From Actinomycetota bacterium (GTDB lineage: Bacteria; Actinomycetota; UBA4738; HRBIN12), in the NCBI GenBank assembly GCA_046731295.1, contig JBKPKU010000015.1:1-63306 (forward strand): 63,306 nt of DNA. The letters are read 5' to 3'. A program made the translations under genes and the position numbers. How positions within the stretch are numbered: position 1 is the stretch's first letter; each line of letters opens with the position of its first letter. Below, piece after piece: positions 29,710 through 38,243 of the stretch. Below the pieces are notes generated by a model that made no database searches, had not been told where the DNA came from, and was given only the letters and a program-made list of their open reading frames with translations.

Positions 29710-29890
29710 CGTCGGCCTCCTTCCAGCCACCGATCGATCCCGCGATCCACCCTACTCCCGACCCGGTTTATCGGGCTTGCGGGAAGCCGGCCACCGAGCC
29801 CTACGATGGGATCCCGCGCGGGTCACAGCTCGGGGCCGCCACCCGTCAGACGAGTAACGGTGTTCGAGCCGACGGAGAAAGGAGCAGACC

Positions 29891-30280
29891 ATGCCTGTGC
29901 AGGTGACCGCGATCATGCTCGGGGTCGAGAGCCTCGACCGATCCAAGACGTTCTACGCGCAGGGTCTTGGCTGCGCGATCGAGCAGGACTACCCGAACTT
30001 CGTCCGACTCGACCTCGGCGAGGGCTCTTCCTCGCTCGCCCTGTACGAGCGCGAGGCCGCCGCGGCCGACGCGGGCGTCTCGCCCGAGGGATCGGGGTTC
30101 CGGGGCGTGTCGTTCCACTACATCGTGGACTCGAGCGAGACCGTGGACGAGGTCATCAAGACAGCCGTCGCGGCCGGCGGCGAGGTCGTGAAGGAGCCTG
30201 CGGGCACGCAGTGGGGGTACTTCGGCTACTTCAGCGATCCCGACGGCTACCTGTGGAAGGTGGCGTCCTCCGGCCAGTAG
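29891..30280 (+). CDS. VOC/glyoxalase family protein
   Basis: LGVESLDRSKTFY, GYFSDPDGYLWKV. Confidence 0.9.
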   Translation: MPVQVTAIMLGVESLDRSKTFYAQGLGCAIEQDYPNFVRLDLGEGSSSLALYEREAAAADAGVSPEGSGFRGVSFHYIVDSSETVDEVIKTAVAAGGEVVKEPAGTQWGYFGYFSDPDGYLWKVASSGQ

Positions 30281-30289
30281 GGTCGAGGG

Positions 30290-30841
30290 ATGGCGAAGCT
30301 CACCTACCTGATGTTCGCCTCGCTGGACGGCTACGTCGCCGACGCGCAGGGCGGCTTCGACTGGGCCGAACCCAACGAGGAGGTCCACAGGTTCGTCAAC
30401 GGCGTCGAGCGGTCGGTCGGCACGCATCTGTACGGGCGCCGGATGTACGAGGTGCTGGTCGCGTGGGAGACGCTCCCCCTCGACGACCAGCCCGCGTACA
30501 TCCGAGAGTTCGCCGAGATCTGGCGTTCGGCGGACAAGGTCGTGTACTCCTCCGCGCTGGAGACGGTGTCGAGCGCGCGGACCCGCATCGAGCGGACGTT
30601 CGATCCCGAGGCGGTCCGGCAGATGAAGGCCACCGGCGAGTTGAGTATCGGCGGTCCGAACATCGCCGCCGGAGCCTTCCGGGCGGGGCTGATCGACGAG
30701 ACGCACCTCTTCCTCTCGCCCGTCGTCGTCGGCGGGGGCACGCCGGCCTTTCCCGGCCACGTACGCATGGACCTCGAGTTGCTGGACGAGCGACGATTCG
30801 CCGGCGGCTTCGTCTACCTGCACCACCGCGTTCGGAGCTGA
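30290..30841 (+). CDS. Dihydrofolate reductase family (RibD C-terminal-like) protein
   Basis: SLDGYV, LYGRRMYE, IGGP, LIDE..PVVVGGG. Confidence 0.9.
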   Translation: MAKLTYLMFASLDGYVADAQGGFDWAEPNEEVHRFVNGVERSVGTHLYGRRMYEVLVAWETLPLDDQPAYIREFAEIWRSADKVVYSSALETVSSARTRIERTFDPEAVRQMKATGELSIGGPNIAAGAFRAGLIDETHLFLSPVVVGGGTPAFPGHVRMDLELLDERRFAGGFVYLHHRVRS

Positions 30842-30842
30842 C

Positions 30843-31274
30843 TCAGCCCCGCGAGACCCAGGGACCCACGCCGCCGATGCGCTCGGGCGTGATCCGGGTG
30901 ACGAACCCCGGCGGCGGGTCCGGCATGTTCGGGAACACGACATCGGGCCCGAGGTACGTGTGCGCGAGGTGTTGCAGCATCTCGGCGGCGCCGCCCTCGG
31001 TCACGCGGGCGGTCCCGTAGACGACGAGGTATTCGCGCAGACCCCAGGCGTTCACGTTCGACGACTCGACGGAGAGCGCGACGCGCGGGTCTCGGCGGAG
31101 GTTCCACAGCTTGCGCTGGTCGGGAAGGGTCGCAAGCACGATCTCGTCGCCGTCCAGGCCGACCCACGCGGCGGTCACCTGCGGCGAACCGTCCTCGTTG
31201 AGTGTGACCACGTGGGCGACGGCGTCTCCCTCGAGCAGCTCGTGAGCCGAGGGCGGGAGCGACATCCCGGTCAT
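30843..31274 (-). CDS. PPOX class F420-dependent oxidoreductase
   Basis: TLNEDGSPQVT, KLWNLRRDPRVALS. Confidence 0.9.
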   Translation of the reverse strand: MTGMSLPPSAHELLEGDAVAHVVTLNEDGSPQVTAAWVGLDGDEIVLATLPDQRKLWNLRRDPRVALSVESSNVNAWGLREYLVVYGTARVTEGGAAEMLQHLAHTYLGPDVVFPNMPDPPPGFVTRITPERIGGVGPWVSRG

Positions 31275-31299
31275 GACGGCATCGTAGCGAGCCGACGCA

Positions 31300-32334
31300 T
31301 CAGGCCTCGCCCCTCGCCCACGCGCGGACGAACTCGACCGTTCGGTAGTTCAGGATCCGCTCGCGCGCGATGCCGGCCAGCGCCGCGGTGGCCATCCCGA
31401 ACGGCAGGAACTCGAGCTCCTCGGCCGTGTGCGCGTCGCTGCCGATCGAGAACCACGCCACGCCCTCCTCGCGGGCGATCGTGGCGAGCTCGACGTTCAG
31501 GTCCTGGCGCCAAACGGTCGCATCGAGCTCGACCGCCTTGCCCCGCGCCGCCGCCTCGGCGAACACCCGACGCCAGTCGGCGTTCAGCCCCGGTCGCCGC
31601 CCGTACATGCGCGCCTTCGGGTGCGCGAGCACGTGGAGCCGTGGCTGCCGGAGCGCGGCCACGTAGCGCTCGGTCTGGTCCTCCTTGGCCCGCAGCGTCG
31701 AGTGGAACGCGCCCAGCACCAGGTCGAGGCTAGATAGCGACGCGTCGTCCATGTCGATCGAGCCGTCGGCGAACAGGTCGACCTCCTGCGACCGTAGGAC
31801 GCGGAAGGGATCGCCCCCATCCTCGAACGCGCGATTCAACGCATCGATGACCCGGCCCTGCTCGGCGAGCTTGTCGGCCGACATGCCGTGGGCGATCTCC
31901 AGCGCCTTCGAGTGGTCGGTGATCGCGATGAAGGGCCTGCCGAGGGCACGCGCCGCGTCGACCATCTCCTCGAGCGGGAGTCTCCCGTCGCTCCACGTCG
32001 TGTGCATCTGGAGGTCGGCACAGGGAGCGGCCTCCCAGGCGGGGTCGGCGTCGAGCGTTCGGCGCACCTCGGCGTACGTGAGGAAGCCGCGGCGCGCCTC
32101 CTCGGGTTCGGGGACGGCGGGCGGATCGTCGAGGAAGGACTGGATCCGTTCGGCGACCCAGGGTCCGACCGCGTCGAGCTCGGTGAGCGAGCGGCCGCCG
32201 TCCACCAGCTCGAACGCCTCCACCGGCCAGAACCGCGCGGCCCGGGATGCGCGTTCGAGGGCGCGACGCCGGTGGTCCTTCTCCTGCCGACCGGCGTTCC
32301 ACAGCAGCTCGCCCAGGTCGGCGTTGGTCAGCAC
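31300..32334 (-). CDS. PHP domain protein with PolX-like N-terminal helical (HhH) domain
   Basis: DLQMHTTWSDG, ITDHS, EVD, LAHP, GSDAH; N-terminus resembles the PolX 8-kDa domain. Confidence 0.85.
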   Translation of the reverse strand: MLTNADLGELLWNAGRQEKDHRRRALERASRAARFWPVEAFELVDGGRSLTELDAVGPWVAERIQSFLDDPPAVPEPEEARRGFLTYAEVRRTLDADPAWEAAPCADLQMHTTWSDGRLPLEEMVDAARALGRPFIAITDHSKALEIAHGMSADKLAEQGRVIDALNRAFEDGGDPFRVLRSQEVDLFADGSIDMDDASLSSLDLVLGAFHSTLRAKEDQTERYVAALRQPRLHVLAHPKARMYGRRPGLNADWRRVFAEAAARGKAVELDATVWRQDLNVELATIAREEGVAWFSIGSDAHTAEELEFLPFGMATAALAGIARERILNYRTVEFVRAWARGEA

Positions 32335-32369
32335 GCCGTCACCATCCCGCGTCGCGGCTGCCCGGCGAC

Positions 32370-32849
32370 CTATGGCGCGACCGCGATCTCGTCCTCGGAC
32401 GGGGCCGGGAAGGGCTGCCTGAACGTGAAGGCCTCGGGCCCGGGGCCGCGTTCGATCAGCAGGTCGAGGCGGTGCTTGCCCTCTTCGATCGTCGGGGTCG
32501 TGCCCGCCGGGATCCACCACAGGGCGATGTACGCGCGCTCCATGTACTGGGTCCACTCGCGCCGGCGCCGGAACACCTCGAAGTGCGGGGAGCGGTACAC
32601 GAACGCGTTCAGCTCCTCGACCGACTCCCACACGGACATGTTCACCAGGATGAGGTCGTCGTCGAACGCGTGGATCGACGTCGCGTTGCCCTCGTCGGTC
32701 TGCAGCCGCCACACGAAGCCGGGGGCGACATCGGCGAGCGCGTTGATCGGGTCGAGCATCTCAACGAAGCCGGCGAGCAGCGGGGAGTCGATCGGCGCCT
32801 TGAACTTGGCGATGTTGATCTGTGCGAGCTGCCAACCGGGCGCGGCCAC
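32370..32849 (-). CDS. DUF3291 family protein
   Basis: LAQINIA, PGFVWRL, NMSVWES, AFTF. Confidence 0.9.
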   Translation of the reverse strand: MAAPGWQLAQINIAKFKAPIDSPLLAGFVEMLDPINALADVAPGFVWRLQTDEGNATSIHAFDDDLILVNMSVWESVEELNAFVYRSPHFEVFRRRREWTQYMERAYIALWWIPAGTTPTIEEGKHRLDLLIERGPGPEAFTFRQPFPAPSEDEIAVAP

Positions 32850-32929
32850 CGGGGGGAGTCTATCCCGCTCGGCATACGGGCCGGCCCGGCGGCCCTCCTG
32901 ACCGCCGGGGCCGGGCCGTTCGGGATCGA

Positions 32930-33607
32930 TCAGCGGAACATCGAGGGGAACTGCGCGACGATCCCGGCCGAGAGCATGTCCGCCATGTGCAGGATCTCGG
33001 TCTCGACCTGGTCGTACGTGGCGACGCCGGCCTCGTAGTCGCCGCCGAGCTGCTGCGAGGCCTCCCGTAGCGTCAGGTCGAGGTGGTCCTTCATCATCAT
33101 CCGCATGTCCGAGAGCGACCAGTTGTGCGGGTTCGCCCGGTGCAGGAAGGCGGCGATGTCTCGCGCGTTCGCGTACCAGTCCGCCTTGGCCTGGTCGAAC
33201 CCAGCCGTGTCGTTGTCCCTGGCCGCCTGGAGCACCTGCGCGGCCGTCAGGATGTGATCCGTCAGCAGGTCCGTGAGCTGCTGACCTGCCGCCGTGCCGT
33301 AGAACGGCTTGATCGCGTCGCCGATGTCCGCCTGGTTCTGGAGCAACCGATCCGTCGTCGGCTGCAGGTCCGGCAGGCCGGCGACGAAGCTCACGATGAA
33401 CAGCCGCGTCCACGTCACGTGGTCGACCCACAGCCGCCGCATGCCGTCGTGGAACGCGCGCTTGCTCACCTCGGGCGCGTCGTGGGCGACGGCCGCGTGC
33501 GGCGAGGCCGTGGCGAGCGACGACGTGCCGAAGCCGAGCAGGCCCACGGTCGCGACCGCCAGCGCGGCGGCGAGCACCCGTCGGCCGGCCCTCGTCTGGA
33601 GACCCAT
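32930..33607 (-). CDS. Secreted all-helical His-containing protein of unknown function
   Basis: Signal peptide; LWVDHVTWTR, LLTDHI, MKDHL, HMAD; SD aaaggagga. Confidence 0.75.
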   Translation of the reverse strand: MGLQTRAGRRVLAAALAVATVGLLGFGTSSLATASPHAAVAHDAPEVSKRAFHDGMRRLWVDHVTWTRLFIVSFVAGLPDLQPTTDRLLQNQADIGDAIKPFYGTAAGQQLTDLLTDHILTAAQVLQAARDNDTAGFDQAKADWYANARDIAAFLHRANPHNWSLSDMRMMMKDHLDLTLREASQQLGGDYEAGVATYDQVETEILHMADMLSAGIVAQFPSMFR

Positions 33608-33623
33608 GGCTCCTCCTTTCCCC

Positions 33624-33647
33624 TAACACCAGTCCTTGCTGGTGTTA
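33624..33647. promoter_or_regulatory. Palindromic operator TAACACCAG-N6-CTGGTGTTA
   Basis: Perfect 9-bp inverted repeat beside the SD of 33607; related copy at 33743-33766. Confidence 0.65.
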
Positions 33648-33742
33648 CAGGCCGGAACCTATCACCGTCCCAAACGGCGCGCGTCAATACCGTATGACGA
33701 GGTCCCATAGGTCTTACGTGGTCCGCGCGGTGCAGGATCTCG

Positions 33743-33766
33743 TAACTCCAAGCCGCCTTGGTGTAA
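33743..33766. promoter_or_regulatory. Second operator copy overlapping the regulator -10 (TAATAT, probable leaderless start)
   Basis: taactccaag..cttggtgtaa aligns with 33624-33647; TAATAT lies 6 nt before ATG 33776. Confidence 0.55.
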
Positions 33767-33775
33767 TATCTGGCC

Positions 33776-34486
33776 ATGCTGAACGGGCTGCGACGAGACG
33801 CGGAGGCGCTCGGGGCGCTCGAGGACGAGCTGCGCCGGAGCCTGTACCTGTTCGTGCGGTCGCAGGGCCGGCCGGTCAACCGGGACGAGGCCGCGGGCGC
33901 GGCCGGCATCTCGAGGAAGCTGGCGGCGTTCCACCTCGACAAGCTCGTGGACCGGGGGCTGCTCATCTCCTCCTACGCGCGCCCGCCCGGGCGCGGAGGC
34001 CGCGGCGCCGGCCGGACCGCCAAGTACTACGAGCCCTCGGATCGCAGGATCGACGTGTCGATCCCCGAACGCCGGTACGACGTGCTGAGCCAGGTCCTGC
34101 TGCGCGCGCTGCGTTCCCGCGGCCACGCCGAGACCGGCGAGGACGCCGCCCGCCGCGTGGCACAGGAGACCGGCCTGGAGATCGGTCGCGCCGAACGCGA
34201 GCGCCTGGGCATCCCTCCCCCGGGCGCCGAACGCGCCCTCGCCGCCGCCGAACACATCCTCGAGGCCCGCGGCTACGAGCCCTACCGGGACGACACGGGG
34301 TGCGTGCACCTTCGCAGCTGCCCCTTCCACGAGCTCGCCGAGCGGGACCGGGACTTCGTCTGCACGCTGAACCAGCGGCTGCTCGAGGGGATCGTCCGGG
34401 GACTCGGCAACGAGACGCTCGACGTCGTGCTCGAAACCGCGACCGAGGAGTGCTGCGTCGTGCTCGAGCCTCCCGCCGCCCGCTGA
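33776..34486 (+). CDS. ArsR-like HTH transcriptional regulator with Cys-rich C-terminus (COG2345-type)
   Basis: AAFHLDKLVDRGLL, GAGRTAKYY, CPFH..VC..CCV. Confidence 0.88.
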   Translation: MLNGLRRDAEALGALEDELRRSLYLFVRSQGRPVNRDEAAGAAGISRKLAAFHLDKLVDRGLLISSYARPPGRGGRGAGRTAKYYEPSDRRIDVSIPERRYDVLSQVLLRALRSRGHAETGEDAARRVAQETGLEIGRAERERLGIPPPGAERALAAAEHILEARGYEPYRDDTGCVHLRSCPFHELAERDRDFVCTLNQRLLEGIVRGLGNETLDVVLETATEECCVVLEPPAAR

Positions 34487-34501
34487 CCTCCGCTTCAAGC
34501 C

Positions 34502-34536
34502 GAACGGGCCGGGTCCGTTCGGGACCCGGCCCGTTC
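34502..34536. terminator. Intrinsic terminator-like hairpin, probably bidirectional
   Basis: Perfect 15-bp stem gaacgggccgggtcc/ggacccggcccgttc with a 5-nt loop. Confidence 0.8.
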
Positions 34537-34689
34537 ATCACCCTGCGATCTGCCTCACCGGTGCTTCGGCCTCCGACGGAGGCTTCGTCCGGTAGACCAG
34601 CCGGAACCGATGAGGTTGGTGAGCTGGTTTGGATTCTGCCGGTCGCCCGGCGGACGGGCGGGGCGGTGGCCCCGGCCCGCGAGGGACGG

Positions 34690-34731
34690 CTAGCAGCCAG
34701 TCACCTCGGGGGTCTCCTGCTGTTTATGCAA
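34690..34731 (-). CDS. 13-aa micro-ORF MHKQQETPEVTGC inside the candidate RNA
   Basis: TTG start 8 nt after AAGGAGGT; TAG stop. Confidence 0.45.
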   Translation of the reverse strand: MHKQQETPEVTGC

Positions 34732-34761
34732 GTAGGACCACCTCCTTTCTCCCGTGCCGCC

Positions 34762-34790
34762 ATGGTGCGACAGATTCCCGGGTGTGGCAA
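34762..34790 (-). promoter_or_regulatory. Housekeeping-type promoter TTGCCA-N17-CACCAT
   Basis: Near-consensus -35/-10 with 17-nt spacing; predicted start ~34755. Confidence 0.55.
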
Positions 34791-34812
34791 ATACGCCGGT
34801 GAAGGAACTCCT

Positions 34813-35328
34813 CTACCGGGCCGGCTCGTCGTCGAACAGGTCGAGGCGCCAGTCGTTGCACCGGACGAACCCGCCGCCGCGGGCCGGGAAGTCGATCCCC
34901 TCGACGAACTCGAATCCGAGCTTGCGACAGATCGCGTTCGACGGCGCGTTGACGGTCATCGGGTACGCGTGGACGAACCGGTGCAGCCGCTCGGCGCGGG
35001 CTAGCTCGAGGAGGTGCGCCATGGCCGTGCCGGCGGCCCCCCGTCCTTGGAAGTCCGGGATCACGGCCCATCCCGTCTCCCAGACCTCCTGCTCGCGCCA
35101 GGTGCGTTCCCAGTACCCCACCCACCCGATGTGCTCGCCGCCGGGCTCGACGATCGCGTACTGGCGCGACCCGGGCGTCTCGTACCCGATCTGGCGCTCG
35201 GCGACCTTGTCGAGGGTCTCCGGCCCACCGACGTGCTTGGTCATGTCGGGCTCGTTGAGACGCTCCAGGAGCGGGAGGTCGTCCTTGCCCCACGGCTCCA
35301 GACGGACCTCCAGGCGGTTGGCGTTCAC
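34813..35328 (-). CDS. GNAT family N-acetyltransferase (RimJ/RimL-like)
   Basis: ETGWAVIPDFQGRG, NAPSNAICRKLGF. Confidence 0.9.
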   Translation of the reverse strand: MNANRLEVRLEPWGKDDLPLLERLNEPDMTKHVGGPETLDKVAERQIGYETPGSRQYAIVEPGGEHIGWVGYWERTWREQEVWETGWAVIPDFQGRGAAGTAMAHLLELARAERLHRFVHAYPMTVNAPSNAICRKLGFEFVEGIDFPARGGGFVRCNDWRLDLFDDEPAR

Positions 35329-35536
35329 GCGACCGACCACGCGACGAGCGGCGGCCGAACGCCCGCGCATCGCGGCCAGCCCTGCTCGTCGGTCAGCCCG
35401 AGCGACACAACCAGGCGTCCGCCGCGGATCTCGAGGATCATCGAGCCATCGTCCCACCGTCCGTCGGGCCGGAGTCCTCACGTACGCTCTGGCCTCCAGC
35501 GGTGGCTCACGCCGATCCCACCGGAACGGAGGACGC

Positions 35537-35818
35537 ATGATCGTGCACCTGGCCATCCACACGCCCAAGCCCGAGGGCGTCGAACCGCTGATCGGGTCGA
35601 TGCAGCTGTTCGCCGCCGCCGGCCGCAAACAGCCCGGCCTCCAGGAGGTGCACACGATGCGAGATGCGGAGTCGGGCAAGCTCCTGGGGCTCGCGATCTG
35701 GGAGTCGAAGGAGGCGTTCGAGCGCGGCGTGCTGGCGATGCGCGCCGCCGTCGAGGACGACCCGTTCCTGGACTGGGAGGAGGGACCTCCCGAGGTGTAC
35801 GTGTTCGAGGACGTGTAG
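35537..35818 (+). CDS. Antibiotic biosynthesis monooxygenase family protein
   Basis: QPGLQE, LAIWESKEAF; SD ggagg. Confidence 0.8.
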   Translation: MIVHLAIHTPKPEGVEPLIGSMQLFAAAGRKQPGLQEVHTMRDAESGKLLGLAIWESKEAFERGVLAMRAAVEDDPFLDWEEGPPEVYVFEDV

Positions 35819-35856
35819 CCGCCACGAACTCGCCGACCGACGATCTGGTGCGAGGG

Positions 35857-36255
35857 TCAGGCGGGATCGGGCGGAGGGGTGTGACGGGCCCGGAGTTCCC
35901 CCAGCACCTCGGGCCAGCGCCGCCAGTCGAAGATCAACGTGCTCGAGCGGATGCGGTCGTCCTGGATCGTCAGGAGTTCGCCGGTGAGCAGCGCCCCGGC
36001 GGGCGAATCGGTGACGAAGTCGTATAGGACGAATGCGCGATCGCCGTCAACGAGCAGCTCACGGATGTCGTTGCGATCGATGATCGGAGCCAGGTTCCGG
36101 AAGCCCTGCACGAACGCCTCCGCCCCCTTCGACTCCGTCTTCACCGTGCCGTCCATGGTCGCGTCGGGGTGCACGAGCTCCTGTAGTCGATCGAAGCGCT
36201 TGTCCCCCGCGGCCGAGACATACTCCGTGACGAGGTTCCTCACATTCGCGCCCAT
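35857..36255 (-). CDS. SnoaL/NTF2-like protein
   Basis: LVHPDAT, LVDGDRAFVLYD, IFD. Confidence 0.82.
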   Translation of the reverse strand: MGANVRNLVTEYVSAAGDKRFDRLQELVHPDATMDGTVKTESKGAEAFVQGFRNLAPIIDRNDIRELLVDGDRAFVLYDFVTDSPAGALLTGELLTIQDDRIRSSTLIFDWRRWPEVLGELRARHTPPPDPA

Positions 36256-36286
36256 TCCCCACCTCCTGGTGCCGGGTCAGCGTCAG

Positions 36287-36325
36287 ACTTGAGAGAGTAA
36301 AGTGACGGGCTTGATTCTGTCAACT
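36287..36325. promoter_or_regulatory. Two imperfect palindromes (CTTGA-N5-TCAA-like), probable HxlR operators
   Basis: acttgagagagtaaagt and gcttgattctgtcaact between divergent genes. Confidence 0.4.
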
Positions 36326-36339
36326 ACCATGTTGTCGCC

Positions 36340-36978
36340 ATGCGGTCCTACGGTCAGTACTGCGGACTCGCCAGGGCGTTGGACGTCCTCGGCGACCGCT
36401 GGACGCTGCTCGTGGTTCGAGAGCTCTTGGACGGACCTCGCCGATACAACGAGCTCCTGGACGGCCTCCCTGGGATCGCCACCAACCTCCTGGTCGAGCG
36501 CCTGCGTAGCCTGGAGGCGGACGGCGTCGTTCGCCGGCTCGAGGACGGGCGCTACACGCTCACCCCGTGGGGCGAGGACCTGCACGAGGTCGTGTACGCC
36601 CTCGGCCGGTGGGCCGGCCCGCTCATGGCCCGGCCCCGGGGCGAGGACGAGTTCAGACCCAACTGGATCCGGCACATGGTCATCGCGCGCTTCGAGGGAC
36701 ACGATCCCGCGCGCCGTGACCTGAGCGTCGAGCTGCGCTACGACGACGAGCCGGTGACGCTCATCTCGGCGAGCGGGCGCGTCCATCTGGTGCCCGGCGG
36801 TTCGGCCCACGCGGACATCACGATCGGCGGCCCCCTCGAGGGCGTCGTGGGCTTGCTCCTCGGACGTATCGACCCCGCCGAGGCGGCCGAACGCGGCGTG
36901 ACGTACACGGGCGACGTCCGCCGGCTGAGGGGCCTTCGGCCGCGGGGCGAGCGCCCGCAGGCGCTCTCGATGCGATAG
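36340..36978 (+). CDS. HxlR family winged-helix regulator with SCP2-like C-terminus
   Basis: YGQYCGLARALDVLGDRWTLLVVRELL, YTLTPWG. Confidence 0.92.
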   Translation: MRSYGQYCGLARALDVLGDRWTLLVVRELLDGPRRYNELLDGLPGIATNLLVERLRSLEADGVVRRLEDGRYTLTPWGEDLHEVVYALGRWAGPLMARPRGEDEFRPNWIRHMVIARFEGHDPARRDLSVELRYDDEPVTLISASGRVHLVPGGSAHADITIGGPLEGVVGLLLGRIDPAEAAERGVTYTGDVRRLRGLRPRGERPQALSMR

Positions 36979-37025
36979 CACCCGCTTGGCGGCGACGACC
37001 GCGACCGTTCAGACTCTGGCCCGCG

Positions 37026-38243
37026 ATGGACCTCAACGACGCCGAGACCGGGGCCGCGGGCGACAGGCACCGCACCGAGCTCGAGCGCGCCGAGGATCGC
37101 GAGGCCGCGCTGCACGACGTGATCCAGACGATCGCGCGATCGACGTTCGACCTCGACGCGGTCCTGCAGACCGTCATCGACCGGGCCGTCAAGCTCTGCA
37201 ACGCCGACAGCGGCAACATCGCCCGCCGCTCGGGCGACGCGTACCGGGTCGTGGCGTTCACGAGCTTCGGCGCCGAGTACGAGCAGCTCGTGCGCGAGCG
37301 CGTGTACCTGCCCGAGCGCGGCTCGGTGATCGGGCGCGCGCTGCTCGAGCGGCAGGTCGTCCGCATCGACGACGTGCTGGAGGATCCGGAGTACGCGCTC
37401 ACGGGCCTGCAGAAGGCCGGCGGGTACCGCAGCGTCCTCGGCGTCCCGATCCTGCGACAGGGCGAGCCGATCGGCTGCATCGGGGTCGGTCGCAACGAGG
37501 TCCGTCCGTTCGACGACGCCGAGGTCCGCCTGGTGCAGACCTTCGCCGACCAGGTCGCCGTGGCGATGGAGAACGTCCGCCTGTTCCAAACCGTCGAGCG
37601 GCAGCGGACCGAGCTCGCGCGTTTCGCACCACAGGTCGCGAGCCTGCTCTCGAGCGACGACGGCGAGCGGCTACTGGCCGGCCATCGCCGCGAGATCACG
37701 GCGCTGTTCTGCGACCTTCGCGGGTTCACCCCGTTCGCCGAGACCGCCGAACCCGAGGAGGTCCTGGGGGTCCTTCGCGAGTACCACCTGGCGGTCGGCG
37801 AGGCGGTGATCGCGCACAACGGGACCGTCGAGCACTTCGCGGGCGACGGGCTCATGGCCTTCTTCAACGACCCGATGCCCTCCGAACGGCACGAGCTCGA
37901 CGCGGTGAGCATGGCGATCGAGACCCGGGCCCGGTTCGGCGAGCTCGCGACCCTGTGGCGCAAGCGCGGGCACGAGCTCGGGCTCGGCATCGGGATCGCG
38001 ACGGGCTACGCGACGCTCGGACGGATCGGGTTCGAGGGGCGGTACGACTACGCCGCGATCGGGGTCGTGGCCAACCTCGCGTCTCGGCTGAGCGACGCGG
38101 CCCGCCCGGGCGAGATCCTGATCAGCCAGCGCGTGCTGGCCGGGGTCGAGGACCACGCGGTGGCCGAGCCGGTGGACGAGCTCCGGCTGAAGGGGTTCAG
38201 CCGGCCGGTCCCGGCGTTCCGCGTGCTGGAGCTGCGCAGCTAG
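37026..38243 (+). CDS. GAF domain + class III adenylate/guanylate cyclase
   Basis: GAF (LGVPIL..FADQVAVAMEN); FCDLRGFT, FAGDGLM, NLASRL. Confidence 0.93.
   Translation: MDLNDAETGAAGDRHRTELERAEDREAALHDVIQTIARSTFDLDAVLQTVIDRAVKLCNADSGNIARRSGDAYRVVAFTSFGAEYEQLVRERVYLPERGSVIGRALLERQVVRIDDVLEDPEYALTGLQKAGGYRSVLGVPILRQGEPIGCIGVGRNEVRPFDDAEVRLVQTFADQVAVAMENVRLFQTVERQRTELARFAPQVASLLSSDDGERLLAGHRREITALFCDLRGFTPFAETAEPEEVLGVLREYHLAVGEAVIAHNGTVEHFAGDGLMAFFNDPMPSERHELDAVSMAIETRARFGELATLWRKRGHELGLGIGIATGYATLGRIGFEGRYDYAAIGVVANLASRLSDAARPGEILISQRVLAGVEDHAVAEPVDELRLKGFSRPVPAFRVLELRS

Larger units (their letters stand above)
34502..34755 (-). ncRNA. Candidate structured RNA / mini-mRNA with extended 16S-complementary 5' end
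   Basis: Own promoter and terminator, multiple nested stems, no long ORF; family not recognised. Confidence 0.6.

Noticed and set aside
34690-34731. Type I toxin peptide
   Set aside because: The peptide is short and hydrophilic with no TM helix
34735-34750. GGACCACCTCCTTTCT as a 16S rRNA gene 3' end
   Set aside because: Flanks show no rRNA similarity; better read as an extended SD on the minus strand
34502-34755. tmRNA, 6C RNA or a known riboswitch
   Set aside because: No tRNA-like ends or ALAA-type tag, no twin C-rich loops, and no downstream gene to regulate; an Rfam search is still needed
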